The notes: a model not told the origin generated them from the sequence alone. 50,178 bases of DNA from Candidatus Saccharibacteria bacterium UBA2112 (GCA_002331045.1 DCYK01000013.1:1-50178), one strand, 5' to 3'. Numbered from the stretch's first letter, positions 1 to 10,067 are shown. Program-made: numbers and translations.

Positions 1-189
1 GCCGCAAAAGATCTGGCGAAGCGTCATCCCGACGCACAAGTCCCCCTACATTTACGCAATGCGCCGACAAAACTCATGAAAGACCTGGGCTATAGTCAAG
101 ATTATCAGTGGCAAGCGAATTTCAAACACAAGAAAGGCTTTCTGCCAAACGAGATTACACATAAAAACAACAATGCTGGTCACTCATAG
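1..189 (+). CDS. rarA: 3' end of a RarA/MgsA-type recombination-associated AAA+ ATPase, truncated by the window edge
   Basis: Frame-1 translation is [37 protein letters not shown]...AGHS*. The [16 protein letters not shown] block is the conserved C-terminal RarA/MgsA motif. Stop TAG is at 187-189. Confidence 0.6.
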   Translation, partial: AAKDLAKRHPDAQVPLHLRNAPTKLMKDLGYSQDYQWQANFKHKKGFLPNEITHKNNNAGHS

Positions 190-1377
190 TTATGGTGTAG
201 ACATTTGCTTTGTGTATAGATCGATCACGCGCTCATAAAGGGCAATATACCTGTCAGCCATAACATCCGCCGAGAAACGCTCTTCAACACTTTTTCGACA
301 TTCCCTTGGATCGATCTCGTCGATGCGCTGCATGTATTCACGAAATTCCTTGACAGAATTTGCCAAGAAACCATTTCGACCATGTTGAATAATCTCCGGA
401 AAAGCACCCCTATTGTTAGCAATGACAGGTGTACCACTCGCCAGCGCATCAATCAATGAAATGCCAAAAGGCTCTTCCCACTCAATAGGTGCCAAAAAGG
501 CCTTCGCGTTCGCAAAGAGTTTTTTCTTTGGAGGACCGAATACTGCTCCAAGATACTCAATCTTACCTTTCTTTAGGTATGGATACACCTCTTTCCTGAA
601 ATACGCAAAATGTGGATTATTCTCTAACGACGAAGCGGTTGGGTTGAGAATCTCTGCTTTTGCTTTTCGGGCCGTGGTGATATTGCCACCAATTGTTCCA
701 GCTAACTTTAATGGTACGTCCAATTCCGAACAAAGCTGTGCAGCCGTACCTTGGCCTTTATCTTTTGCAATACGACCCACACAGAGGAAATAATCATCTT
801 TACGAACTCGATAGGTATAGTCGTTGAGATCAACTCCGTTTGGTACAACCTCCAGAACTTTCGAGTCCATATCTTTTGGTGCGGTACTCAACTGCGATTC
901 AGAAACCCCGCTAAAATACATGTTTTTTGCATGTTTTAGCTCTTCAAAAAGCATGCGATTATCAGGAATACCCTTTTCTATAAGACGCAAATTTGTAAAC
1001 GGTTCATGTAGTGTATGCAGAACAGGCGGTAGGTTTCTATAAGCAAATGCCATCATTGCAGGCCCTACGAAGCTGTTGTGATCATGAATGATGTCAAAGT
1101 CGCCATGACTAACAATGATATTGAGAGAGTAAAGAATGTGGGAACTAATAATTGGCACCGCTTCATACCAAGCACGATGAATGTTATGGTACTGCCCCTC
1201 GTTATGATACGAGTAAACTTTTGATGCCGCAGTTGTACTGCCGCCAACGCCAAAAAGAACAACCTCATGCCCCTTTTCGTGAAGTTGGCTCGTAAGATTC
1301 TGGATAACGTTTTCAATGCCGTAGTAGCAGCCTGGATACGTACTGAGCCATGGTGGTGCTATTATTGCTATCTTCAT
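190..1377 (-). CDS. Glycosyltransferase family 4 (GT-B fold)
   Basis: 395-aa ORF. N-terminus is MKIAIIAPPW...GG. The C-terminal EEPFGISLIDALASGTPVIA block matches the GT4 nucleotide-sugar binding motif. Confidence 0.8.
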   Translation of the reverse strand: MKIAIIAPPWLSTYPGCYYGIENVIQNLTSQLHEKGHEVVLFGVGGSTTAASKVYSYHNEGQYHNIHRAWYEAVPIISSHILYSLNIIVSHGDFDIIHDHNSFVGPAMMAFAYRNLPPVLHTLHEPFTNLRLIEKGIPDNRMLFEELKHAKNMYFSGVSESQLSTAPKDMDSKVLEVVPNGVDLNDYTYRVRKDDYFLCVGRIAKDKGQGTAAQLCSELDVPLKLAGTIGGNITTARKAKAEILNPTASSLENNPHFAYFRKEVYPYLKKGKIEYLGAVFGPPKKKLFANAKAFLAPIEWEEPFGISLIDALASGTPVIANNRGAFPEIIQHGRNGFLANSVKEFREYMQRIDEIDPRECRKSVEERFSADVMADRYIALYERVIDLYTKQMSTP

Positions 1378-1446
1378 ATATCAGCGCTCTGCGTTATTCA
1401 CACATCTCGTTGGTCTATAGTACCATACTCTGGTGGTAATAAAAAT

Positions 1447-2787
1447 CTAACGGTGCGCGAGTAAGTATAACGTTTCAAAATAGACCGAAGCCGCCGTCCA
1501 GGCCTGCTCACGCGCACTTTGCTGACCCAATTCAGGATGATGCCATGGTCGCACATGGCCATCCTGGCGACAGACAAATAATTCAATGTTTGATCCTAGT
1601 TCATGTACCGCACTCAACGAGGCATTCATAATTTGGCGGGCATAGTCATCATGCCCAAAATGTAACATACCGCGACTGACAAAAGCAGATACGAATGGCC
1701 AATAGGTACTGCTAGTGCCGTGATAATGAGTTCCTTTTTGCCGAAAAATCGTTCCCTCTTCATAGTTACGTATACCTGCAGCAGGATTTAACATAGACGA
1801 TTTCATTGTCCTCTCTATCACTTTTTCAAGATAGGACTGTCCAATAACACACTCATCCCTATAGTATGCCCACATGCTCATCGGTACATCAGCCGCAATG
1901 TGAGGAAGTTGCGTACCTTCTGCATCGAGTGCTTGAGCATAGTAGTCTTTTGTCGGCAACAAAAAGCCAAATCGACTCATATTGAAGCGATGTCGCAGCA
2001 ACATTGCAACTCCGTTGATTTTTCGTGAATATTTTTCATCGTCACTCTTCCAGACTTCTGCCCCTAATCGTAACGCAGCCCAACTTTCAGCATTGACGAG
2101 GACGTCCTTGATAGGGTGAGTGGCTAAACTCCCGTCTTCATATTGATATATCTTTTCACTGTCTTTCCAGCCTTGATTGTGCAAGCCACTATATACCCTT
2201 CCGTCAGCATCGTCCGCCCCAATAAAGCCTACGAATCCTTCGTTATGATTCATATTGTCAACAATCCAATCCATGCCCGCCTTCACGCATTCCTTCGTGT
2301 AACGGTCTAGCGGTGACTGCAATACATCATGAAGGCGGATAACGGCAATAATCCATAACGGTGTACTATCAACACTATCCCAGTTCTTCATAATGCCGTC
2401 AGTTGGATCAACATACCAAGGCTTGGCGTTGGTACGAGCAGCATGTTGCACCTGATCTACGCTATCGAATGTCGTGCGTATCTCATGAGGCATTTTCCCA
2501 ATTTCTTCACCTGTTTCGGGATTATTTTTACTGCCCTGAAACCTTGAGAAAGCAAGAAGTGACTGCAGAGCATCCATTGCCAAAGTACAATTACCGCCAA
2601 AAGGCACAGCAGCACCAATAAGCTCGGCCGTTATTGCGCCGTCCCGACCAAACCAACTATGGTACGGACCCTTCCAGCCGTTTTGTGCCGATGCATAGAC
2701 GCCATCATCTGTCACTAACTCTTTCAATACATCGTCAGCACGATGATGAAGCGCTTCCAAAGTTGTTCTATTGAGTTGTTTCGTCAA
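1447..2787 (-). CDS. GDE_C / amylo-alpha-1,6-glucosidase-like (alpha/alpha)6-barrel glycoside hydrolase
   Basis: 446-aa ORF with the blocks SWFGRDGAI, GLHNQGWKDS and STYWPF. It shares the Q[GA]WKDS block with the divergent neighbour. Confidence 0.6.
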   Translation of the reverse strand: MTKQLNRTTLEALHHRADDVLKELVTDDGVYASAQNGWKGPYHSWFGRDGAITAELIGAAVPFGGNCTLAMDALQSLLAFSRFQGSKNNPETGEEIGKMPHEIRTTFDSVDQVQHAARTNAKPWYVDPTDGIMKNWDSVDSTPLWIIAVIRLHDVLQSPLDRYTKECVKAGMDWIVDNMNHNEGFVGFIGADDADGRVYSGLHNQGWKDSEKIYQYEDGSLATHPIKDVLVNAESWAALRLGAEVWKSDDEKYSRKINGVAMLLRHRFNMSRFGFLLPTKDYYAQALDAEGTQLPHIAADVPMSMWAYYRDECVIGQSYLEKVIERTMKSSMLNPAAGIRNYEEGTIFRQKGTHYHGTSSTYWPFVSAFVSRGMLHFGHDDYARQIMNASLSAVHELGSNIELFVCRQDGHVRPWHHPELGQQSAREQAWTAASVYFETLYLLAHR

Positions 2788-2862
2788 AATAGTTTTGCTT
2801 ATGGTTATGTACTCATTCTACTGTATAAAGCTTGCTATAAGAAATTTCGATATACTGTATAT

Positions 2863-4512
2863 ATGGAATTAACCAAGTTTCAACAACATGAGCGTGTGAA
2901 TGATACTATTAGTGAACCGTCCCTCCCCCTACTTTCTATCGATGAACTGCCACAGCTCATCGATCTTCGCGATCACTTACCCGTTGCAACACAGAGCCGA
3001 CTGGGCGAGGATGATATTGTTGCTCATATTTCTACCCCGAATATACAACGCTCTCGTCAGCGACCTGCCGCGCTCAGAGAAATGCTTCGCCTCACCAAAG
3101 CTTCTTCGAGTGATGATATTGGAGAATCTGGGGCAGCCCTCGCCTCACTTGCCAGCCTCGAAAATAGCACCGTTGCTGAGCTAAGAAAGTATGAGACACC
3201 CCACGGTAGAGATGCGTTGGAAATTGCACGAAAATTACATGAACATCATCCGAAATTGCTGCGTGCAACTATTCTTGAACTTGCACAAAGTCAGGGCCTC
3301 GAATATGAAGAATACCGCAAGGGAGAACCAGTGCGCCAAGAGCAGCCGGGCAAGATTATTTTGCTCGACAGGGGAACGACACATGACACAGGAACTGCCG
3401 ATCCAATGGCGCAGAAATTTAGCAAACGATTAAACTGGGGCTGGCCGTTCTATGGTTCGATTGATGCAACACCCAGTTACATACAGGCAATTCATACGTA
3501 CGCTATGCAACATAATGCCTCAATTCTTGCTGAACCCTACATAGGCAAAGACGGGCAAGAGAGAACAGTCGCCGACTCCCTTGCTCTCGCCACACATTGG
3601 CTCCAAGAACGCCTTGCTGAAAATCCCGAAGGTTTGCTTGAGTTTAAGAATCTCGATCCAACAGGTAAAGGGATTGATAGTCAGGCTTGGAAGGATTCGG
3701 CATTTGCCTACGTTCATGCAGACGGCTCTCGAGCAAACTACAATAATGGTATAGCATCAGTTGAAGTACAAGCACTTGCCTACGACGCCCTCATCGATAG
3801 CGCTGAACTTTATGCAGCCACAAACCCGGCACATGCCGATCAACTACGACAACAGGCGGAACAATTACGCGAGAGAATACTCGCCGAGTTTTGGATTGAT
3901 GATCCAAAAAAAGGTGGTTATTTCGCACTCGCTACTGACCGGGATGAGCAGGGAAATCTCCGTCAACTTGCCGTTCGTACATCTAACATGGGAAGACTCC
4001 TTAATTCACGCCTTTTGGAAGGGGATGGACCAGACGAGACATTTCTTCGCGAGTCGATTGTCAGACAGCTCTTTCGCCCCGAGCTACTTCACCACAGTGG
4101 TATCAGGACTCTTGCATCCGACGAGGTCGCTTTTCGGGCTGGTAGCTACCATACGGGATCGGTATGGTTATGGGACACCGCATACGTCGCTGACGGGTTG
4201 GAACGTCAGGGTTATGAAATGCTCGCCTGGGAGCTGCGCTCACGTATCTGGCGCACCGTCTACGACACGAATTCATTCCCTGAATTTGTTAACGGAAATA
4301 CTGACGACAGTATAGAAACAAACCCCCATGAAATATACGTATGGAATACGACGCATCAGGTGCTTCACCTATTCGAGCAACCTCCTCAAGAAATTCAGGG
4401 ATGGACAGTCTCGGCAATTCTTGCCGCAAAATACGGATACAAAGCCTACCTCAGTAATCCCAAACCAATTAGTGACTTCGAGCAAGCTATTAGTGCATCA
4501 ATCTACAATTAA
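2863..4512 (+). CDS. GDE_C / amylo-alpha-1,6-glucosidase-like glycoside hydrolase (second paralogue)
   Basis: The ORF track starts at 2743, but that start overlaps the divergent gene. The ATG at 2863 (MELTKFQQ...) is the first non-overlapping start. Motifs are GSIDATPSY, SQAWKDSAF and SYHTGSVWLWDTAYVADGL. Confidence 0.6.
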   Translation: MELTKFQQHERVNDTISEPSLPLLSIDELPQLIDLRDHLPVATQSRLGEDDIVAHISTPNIQRSRQRPAALREMLRLTKASSSDDIGESGAALASLASLENSTVAELRKYETPHGRDALEIARKLHEHHPKLLRATILELAQSQGLEYEEYRKGEPVRQEQPGKIILLDRGTTHDTGTADPMAQKFSKRLNWGWPFYGSIDATPSYIQAIHTYAMQHNASILAEPYIGKDGQERTVADSLALATHWLQERLAENPEGLLEFKNLDPTGKGIDSQAWKDSAFAYVHADGSRANYNNGIASVEVQALAYDALIDSAELYAATNPAHADQLRQQAEQLRERILAEFWIDDPKKGGYFALATDRDEQGNLRQLAVRTSNMGRLLNSRLLEGDGPDETFLRESIVRQLFRPELLHHSGIRTLASDEVAFRAGSYHTGSVWLWDTAYVADGLERQGYEMLAWELRSRIWRTVYDTNSFPEFVNGNTDDSIETNPHEIYVWNTTHQVLHLFEQPPQEIQGWTVSAILAAKYGYKAYLSNPKPISDFEQAISASIYN

Positions 4513-4515
4513 CAC

Positions 4516-6120
4516 TCAGCGTTTTTCGTCTTCGGCTTTTAATGCTGAATAAACACCATTCGTCCACCCAAAGCCATCTTGCAGTGTATATTCACCGCCC
4601 CCTCCAGGTTCGTTTGGCGTCACAACATTATACTTTTCAACCATTTTGTTTTCTCGTTCATAGACTGTATCGCACGTCTTCAGCCAACGCTCTTTGATGC
4701 GATCGGCAAGTGTGTGATAACCATATTCACGTAAACCGTAGATCGTCACCCACTGTAGCGGCGCCCAGCCATTCGGTGAGTCCCACTGTTGCCCAGTTTC
4801 GAGCAACGTCGTCACCAACCCTCCGTCTTTGAGAAAATCTTTTTCGATTCGCTCAGCGACAGCTTTTGCCTGATTTGGTGTTGCGATCTTCGCATACAGC
4901 GGAAAAATTCCGGCAAGCGTTACCCTACCCGTTCGCTCACTTGCACGAAAATCATAATCGATAAAGAATTGCTCACCCTCATCCCACATGTATTTATTAA
5001 TTGCGGCCGCACGTTTTTCGGCCAATCGACGATATCGCCTCGCAAGAAGCGGCTGGAACATTAACTGATAGGTTTCAGCTATTGTCACCTCTAAGTGGTA
5101 TAACAAGCAGTTGAGATCAACTGGAACAATATCGGTCGTGTGGATCGAGCTAATTTCTTTTGGATCTTTGAACCATCGACTGCTAAAATCCCAGCCGCTC
5201 TCTGCACCAGCCCGAAGATCCAAAAATAGTTTTTCTGATATCTCTTTGTCTGTCTGACCTGCCGTATCCGTATCTTCGCGAAGTGATTCGGGTCGCGGTG
5301 TTTTCTTGTTATCAAAATAACGATTGAGGTGTGTGCCATCGGGCATACGTACAACTCGCCGTAACGCAGAAGCCTCATCCATTTTATCGAGTGTTCGCTT
5401 ACCACGCATCCAAAAGCGATATTCACCGAGCATATACGGTAGATATTCAAGTAGTGTAAGATGACGATTTTGATGACGCGCAAGCAATCTGACCATATGA
5501 CTAAAGAATGGTGGCTGACTACGCGACAAAAGATATGTCCGGTTACCGTTTGGGATAAATCCAAACTTTCGAATCATGTAAGTCGAATTCCGTATCATAT
5601 CTTCTACACGACCCCACTTACCATCAGCGGCCAAGCCAATCATAATGAAATAACTATCCCAATAATACTGCTCAACAAATCGCCCACCCGGGACAATGTA
5701 CGGATAAGGTATGGCGATCAATGATCCACGATCACGGCGATTACGACGCTCCAAAACTCGCCATAATTCCTTAATATGCTCACGAGGGGTGTGCTCGGTA
5801 TTACTAAAATACGTCGGTGCCTTGTGCTCGAATTCATAAAAATGGCGACCGACAAATTCTTGCAAATCAAAGTTTGGATCTTCACGTTCAACCAGGTATT
5901 CTTTCCTGATTTGTTTCAGTCGTTTGCGTGGTATTAAATCGATAAACGTTTTACCATCTGAATACACCTGCCGCTGTTGCACGAGGTCAAAGAGCTCACC
6001 TAATGCCTCATCAGGACTTTCCTTTGTTAGCATCAGGGCACCTGCCGTGCTAACGAGCGCCGACTTCAACGCCTCCTCTGAGGCAAGGCCAATACTACTA
6101 AGTTTATTTATCTTTGGCAT
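4516..6120 (-). CDS. treA: Trehalase (glycoside hydrolase family 37)
   Basis: Both classical trehalase signatures are present: PGGRFVEQYYWDSYF and QWDSPNGWAPLQW. 534 aa. Confidence 0.9.
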   Translation of the reverse strand: MPKINKLSSIGLASEEALKSALVSTAGALMLTKESPDEALGELFDLVQQRQVYSDGKTFIDLIPRKRLKQIRKEYLVEREDPNFDLQEFVGRHFYEFEHKAPTYFSNTEHTPREHIKELWRVLERRNRRDRGSLIAIPYPYIVPGGRFVEQYYWDSYFIMIGLAADGKWGRVEDMIRNSTYMIRKFGFIPNGNRTYLLSRSQPPFFSHMVRLLARHQNRHLTLLEYLPYMLGEYRFWMRGKRTLDKMDEASALRRVVRMPDGTHLNRYFDNKKTPRPESLREDTDTAGQTDKEISEKLFLDLRAGAESGWDFSSRWFKDPKEISSIHTTDIVPVDLNCLLYHLEVTIAETYQLMFQPLLARRYRRLAEKRAAAINKYMWDEGEQFFIDYDFRASERTGRVTLAGIFPLYAKIATPNQAKAVAERIEKDFLKDGGLVTTLLETGQQWDSPNGWAPLQWVTIYGLREYGYHTLADRIKERWLKTCDTVYERENKMVEKYNVVTPNEPGGGGEYTLQDGFGWTNGVYSALKAEDEKR

Positions 6121-6182
6121 ACTTATCCTATAGTTATTATAGGGTTTATGCTTCAGGTATACAACCGTAACGAAAGTGCCCG

Positions 6183-8003
6183 CTATTTTGCGGCACGTTT
6201 TCGTTTATTTGGATCAAGCTCACGTTTTCGCAAGCGCAAATTTTTCGGTGTTACTTCGAGTAGTTCGTCATCATTCAAAAAGTCGATACATTGTTCAAGA
6301 CTCAGTTCAGTAAACGGCGTTAGTTGTACGACACCATCACTACTACTTGATCGCATATTCGTCAGATGTTTCGCCTTACACACATTCATTTCCATATCTT
6401 CCTGTCGACGATTCAGTCCAACAATCATGCCGGCATATACCTCAACACCAGGCCCAACATACAGTTCGCCACGCGCCTCTGCAGTTTGCAGCGCATACGG
6501 TGTCGTCGTCCCTGCTTCAAATGCAATCAAGGCCCCGTTACGACTGCCGTTTAATTTCTGCCCTAGAGGCTGATATCCATGCGGCAGGCTATTCATGATA
6601 ACCGTCCCCTTGGTTGCTGTTAGTAATTGATTACGAAGACCAATCATCGCGCGCGTTGTTATGATATAAGTTTGTCGCATCGATCCACTACTTGTTGTTT
6701 CCTGATGAGTCAGTTCCGCTCGACGCAATCCCAACTCTTGACTGATTGTTCCGACAAACTCAGCACCAACTTCGATTACCAGTTCTTCAACCGGCTCTTG
6801 TGTCTGCCCGTCTTTCTCGATTGTCACAACCTGTGGTCGTCCTACCTCGAATTCATAACCCTCACGACGTAACGTTTCGATCAATACAGAAAGGTGAAGC
6901 TCGCCTCGACCACTTACAATAAAGCCTATGCCGTCCTCTCGGACACGGAGTGCAACGTTAGTCTCGAGCTCTTGTCGCAAACGATCACCAATCTGTCGAC
7001 TAGTATTAAATTCACCTTCACGCCCCTTCATCGGACTGGTATTCGGGCCTAAATACATACTGAGCGTAGGTGCCTCAACTTCGAGGACCGGTAACGCCTC
7101 TGGCGTGTCCTTGTCGGCGATTGTCTCGCCAATATGAACCTCGGTAATACCAGTTAATGCAACGATATCACCAGCGCCAGCAGCAGTAATTTCCTCACGT
7201 CCAAGTCCGCGATAACCAAATAATTTATCAACCTGCGACGCAATTTTGGTACCATCGCGTTTCACTAGTGACACCTGTTGCCGCGGTTTGAGTGTACCGC
7301 GGGTAATTCGGCCAATTGCATACTTTCCTAGAAATGAATCGTATTGTAATGAGGTAACTAGTAGTTGCAATGTTCCACTAACATCTACATCAGGGGCCGG
7401 AATATCACTCACGATTGCATCAAAGATCACACTCAGGTCTGCATGTTCACCCGGATTATCAGGCATTGCCTTCCAGGCTTTTCCTTCTCGTGCAATAGCA
7501 TAATACACAGGATAATGAAGCTGTGAGTCATCAACCGCAAGTTCCAAGAATAGATCAGCCACCTCATCCTCAACTTCCGCAACCCTGCGAGATGGCTTGT
7601 CAATCTTATTAATCACCACAACAGGCTTGAGCCCCAACTCCAACGCCTTTGATAATACGAATTTCGTTTGGGGCATTGGACCTTCTTGGGCGTCAACGAT
7701 TAGTAATACGCCATCCGCCATATTAAGCGTCCGCTCAACTTCGCCGCTAAAATCCGCGTGACCAGGAGTATCAATAATATTAATCTTGTAGTCACCATGA
7801 TATATCGATGTCTGCTTGGCTGTGATCGTGATGCCGCGTTCGTGCTCTTGATCGCCACTATCCATAATCAGTGTCTGAGTCATCTCGGCCTGATTTTCGC
7901 GAAAAGTGTTCGACTGCTTTAACAACCCATCGACAAGCGTCGTCTTACCGTGATCGACATGAGCAATGATTGCAATGTTTCTGATAAATTTTGGTTCTTT
8001 CAT
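6183..8003 (-). CDS. typA: Translational GTPase TypA/BipA
   Basis: 606 aa. G-domain motifs are AIIAHVDHGKTTLVD, DTPGHADF and NKID, with EF-G-like domains downstream. Confidence 0.95.
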   Translation of the reverse strand: MKEPKFIRNIAIIAHVDHGKTTLVDGLLKQSNTFRENQAEMTQTLIMDSGDQEHERGITITAKQTSIYHGDYKINIIDTPGHADFSGEVERTLNMADGVLLIVDAQEGPMPQTKFVLSKALELGLKPVVVINKIDKPSRRVAEVEDEVADLFLELAVDDSQLHYPVYYAIAREGKAWKAMPDNPGEHADLSVIFDAIVSDIPAPDVDVSGTLQLLVTSLQYDSFLGKYAIGRITRGTLKPRQQVSLVKRDGTKIASQVDKLFGYRGLGREEITAAGAGDIVALTGITEVHIGETIADKDTPEALPVLEVEAPTLSMYLGPNTSPMKGREGEFNTSRQIGDRLRQELETNVALRVREDGIGFIVSGRGELHLSVLIETLRREGYEFEVGRPQVVTIEKDGQTQEPVEELVIEVGAEFVGTISQELGLRRAELTHQETTSSGSMRQTYIITTRAMIGLRNQLLTATKGTVIMNSLPHGYQPLGQKLNGSRNGALIAFEAGTTTPYALQTAEARGELYVGPGVEVYAGMIVGLNRRQEDMEMNVCKAKHLTNMRSSSSDGVVQLTPFTELSLEQCIDFLNDDELLEVTPKNLRLRKRELDPNKRKRAAK

Positions 8004-8035
8004 AAAAATATGCCCCTTCGGGCTCCTTTACTATA

Positions 8036-8064
8036 ATTATAACAGATATGGTAATCGTAAGCAA
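8036..8064 (-). promoter_or_regulatory. Sigma70-like promoter for typA
   Basis: The minus strand reads TTGCTT (8064-8059), a 17-nt spacer, then an extended -10 TGTTATAAT (8044-8036). It lies 32 nt upstream of the typA ATG. Confidence 0.45.
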
Positions 8065-8095
8065 TCTTGTGTATAATTGTGCCTGATACACACAT

Positions 8096-8182
8096 GCGCG
8101 TGTGCTGGAATTGGTAGACAGGCTAGCTTGAGGGGCTAGTGTCCTTCGGGACGTGGAGGTTCAAGTCCTCTCACGCGCACCA
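8096..8182 (+). tRNA. tRNA-Leu (anticodon GAG), class II with long variable arm and encoded CCA
   Basis: Hand-folded structure. The 7-bp acceptor stem pairs GCGCGTG with CACGCGC. The D stem pairs CTG with CAG. The anticodon stem pairs CTAGC with GCTAG, with loop TTGAGGG (anticodon GAG at 8130-8132). The variable arm is GTCC-TTCG-GGAC. The T loop is TTCAAGT. Discriminator is A, followed by CCA. Confidence 0.9.
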
Positions 8183-9863
8183 ATGAAACTTCCTGGGGGC
8201 GAGTGAGCTTAAAAAGCTCGTTCACCCCTGGGATTTTTTCAATTTCCGGGGTTCCACAAGCGATTTCCGCGTAACTTGGAACCTGATCGAAAACGACCCC
8301 AAAATATCGTGCTTTTAGGACTGGATTACAGTGGTCAATAAGTAATTCTTTGAGGTGTTCCACAAAGTATTTTACGTATGTCAATATTGTCGGCATATCG
8401 ACGTTTCCTTTCATCTCCTGTCCGTCAACACGGACATCCAAATCGTTAATTTGCTGCTCTATTTTATTTAAGTCCTCCTCCATATATTTAATTGCTGTTG
8501 GCGATGAAACCAACCTCATCTTATCTACGATCACACGCATCTCCGCCTCAAGCTCTTCGCGCCTTTTATCGCGATGGTCACTCTCATTTTGCGCACGCGC
8601 TTGGCGCTGTTCCCAAACCGTCAGGACAGCCTGCAGTACTTCATCCAAGCGCTTGGGGTCTACGACAAGCCGCTCAACAAATTGGTTAATCTTTTCGTCG
8701 AATTCGTTCTTGGGAACGCGGAAATAGTGGCCGTGATGACTGCAATGATATGCAGGATAGTATTTGCCGAGCTTGCCGCGCGAGGCACTACCCAGCAGAG
8801 GGTTGCGACAGGTCGGGCACGTCACTAACTTACGGTACGGGAACTCGCCATTGTATATGTTTTTCTTCACGAATTTTTCTTGTTTTGGCGCTCTCGTGAC
8901 AATAGGATGATCATGATCATCGGAGTTCAGCGTAATACTTATCTTGCCGCGATTGGCTTTATTCCACAGATCAATCGATACAAGTCCGTTGAACTTACAT
9001 AGCACCGGTTGCCCACCCGTCCATTTCTCCGTATTAACGCCAGCGTAGATTGTCTTGGCGACATATACCCGAAGAAGTTTTGCGGTCATTTTCTTACTAC
9101 CACTACGCCGGACAATCTTAGTACGGTCGGCCTTATCCCGTATTACCTTTAAGGGTGTCTGGAACCCCATGCGGTTCATTTCGTCAGCAATTTGGTCGTC
9201 GCTATACATGCCGCTGGCACGCATTTCATACATCTTACGGATAATTGGGGCCTGGTCGTCATACGGCGCAAGGATTGACCGCTTGCCATTGGTCGTTTCT
9301 ATTTTCTTGGTTTCGTAACCATACAAAGCGCCCCTCGACCAGTAACCGATCTGCGTGTAGCGAATCTCCGAGCCAATCATGCGAGTGAGGATATCCCGCA
9401 CCTCGTCTTTCGCCCGTTCCGCCTCAAGAATCTCCGTTTTCCTTGATGGAGTATGGATACTCCATTTGTACTCCATACCCAAATGTTCGAGCGTATTAAC
9501 TTTAACGTTACTAATCACACCGTACATGTCCTCAAGATCCACATTGCACGGTTCAAGTTGCCGTTTCAATAAATCGTAAGCTGTAGATCCCCCTCGGGTA
9601 AAGCGGTCAATCGACTTGACCAGCACGACATCGATCTCATTCTTCGGATCAACCGCATAATCAATCACATGTTGCATGGGTTGTTTATCTCCGGCTGCGG
9701 ATTCCAGATATGTCAGGATTTTGACAATGTTTATTCCGTGAGCAGGCGCATAGCGTTTACCTTGCTCTATCTGCGCCTCTGGAGAATCCCCATCAATCCC
9801 TTGACCGACCGTCGAGACGCGAACGGCCAGCACTCCGTTACGAAGCTTGCTGTTCGGTGCCAT
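8136..9863 (-). CDS. Large serine recombinase (integrase)
   Basis: 575 aa. The resolvase catalytic region is LAVRVSTVGQ...SIDRFTRGG. A recombinase domain follows (ALYGYETKK...). There is a zinc ribbon, CPTCRNPLLGS...YHCSHHGHY, then a coiled coil. Confidence 0.9.
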   Translation of the reverse strand: MAPNSKLRNGVLAVRVSTVGQGIDGDSPEAQIEQGKRYAPAHGINIVKILTYLESAAGDKQPMQHVIDYAVDPKNEIDVVLVKSIDRFTRGGSTAYDLLKRQLEPCNVDLEDMYGVISNVKVNTLEHLGMEYKWSIHTPSRKTEILEAERAKDEVRDILTRMIGSEIRYTQIGYWSRGALYGYETKKIETTNGKRSILAPYDDQAPIIRKMYEMRASGMYSDDQIADEMNRMGFQTPLKVIRDKADRTKIVRRSGSKKMTAKLLRVYVAKTIYAGVNTEKWTGGQPVLCKFNGLVSIDLWNKANRGKISITLNSDDHDHPIVTRAPKQEKFVKKNIYNGEFPYRKLVTCPTCRNPLLGSASRGKLGKYYPAYHCSHHGHYFRVPKNEFDEKINQFVERLVVDPKRLDEVLQAVLTVWEQRQARAQNESDHRDKRREELEAEMRVIVDKMRLVSSPTAIKYMEEDLNKIEQQINDLDVRVDGQEMKGNVDMPTILTYVKYFVEHLKELLIDHCNPVLKARYFGVVFDQVPSYAEIACGTPEIEKIPGVNELFKLTRPQEVSLVRVRGLEPPRPEGH

Positions 9864-10029
9864 GATCGCCCACCCTTATTCTGTTTAATAGTGAGAGGTT
9901 ATCAGCTTCGTCCTCGGCCATTCGGTTCACAATCAACTCAGCAATAAACAATATGCGTTCCTCGGTAGTAAATTGTATGGTGTCCGGTGTTGCAATCGCC
10001 CTATCGTTTTTACTGACAGATCCTGACAT
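9838..10029 (-). CDS. Small hypothetical protein (63 aa), possible recombination directionality factor
   Basis: An SD GGAGGG lies 5 nt upstream of the ATG. The 3' end overlaps the integrase start by 26 nt. No recognisable motif. Confidence 0.4.
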   Translation of the reverse strand: MSGSVSKNDRAIATPDTIQFTTEERILFIAELIVNRMAEDEADNLSLLNRIRVGDHGTEQQAS

Positions 10030-10067
10030 ATACCCTCCATTTAAAGGGCTGAACGCTCACAATCCGG

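Noticed and set aside
225-1316. Several 60-126-aa ORFs (225-452, 413-793, 751-939, 824-1042, 1065-1316) lie inside or antisense to the GT4 gene.
   Set aside because: They are shadow ORFs nested in a well-supported 395-aa gene. They have low-complexity or odd composition and no SD.
2743-2862. The ORF-track start at 2743 would add an N-terminal extension to the second GDE-like gene.
   Set aside because: It would overlap the divergent gene by 45 nt, and its sequence (MMKRFQSCSIELF...) looks non-protein-like. The ATG at 2863 is preferred.
3761-4315. A 184-aa plus-strand ORF lies in an alternative frame inside the GDE-like gene. Similar internal ORFs occur at 5091-5564, 28576-29124, 33210-33737 and 42321-42791.
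   Set aside because: All are fully nested in longer ORFs that carry clear family motifs. Their compositions (Ser/Arg/Cys-rich) are typical of off-frame translation.
8072-8077. A TATAAT box lies 18 nt upstream of tRNA-Leu and could be its promoter.
   Set aside because: It is plausible, but there is no convincing -35 element (TGGTAA at best) and the spacing to the mature 5' end is uninformative. It was not listed as a feature.
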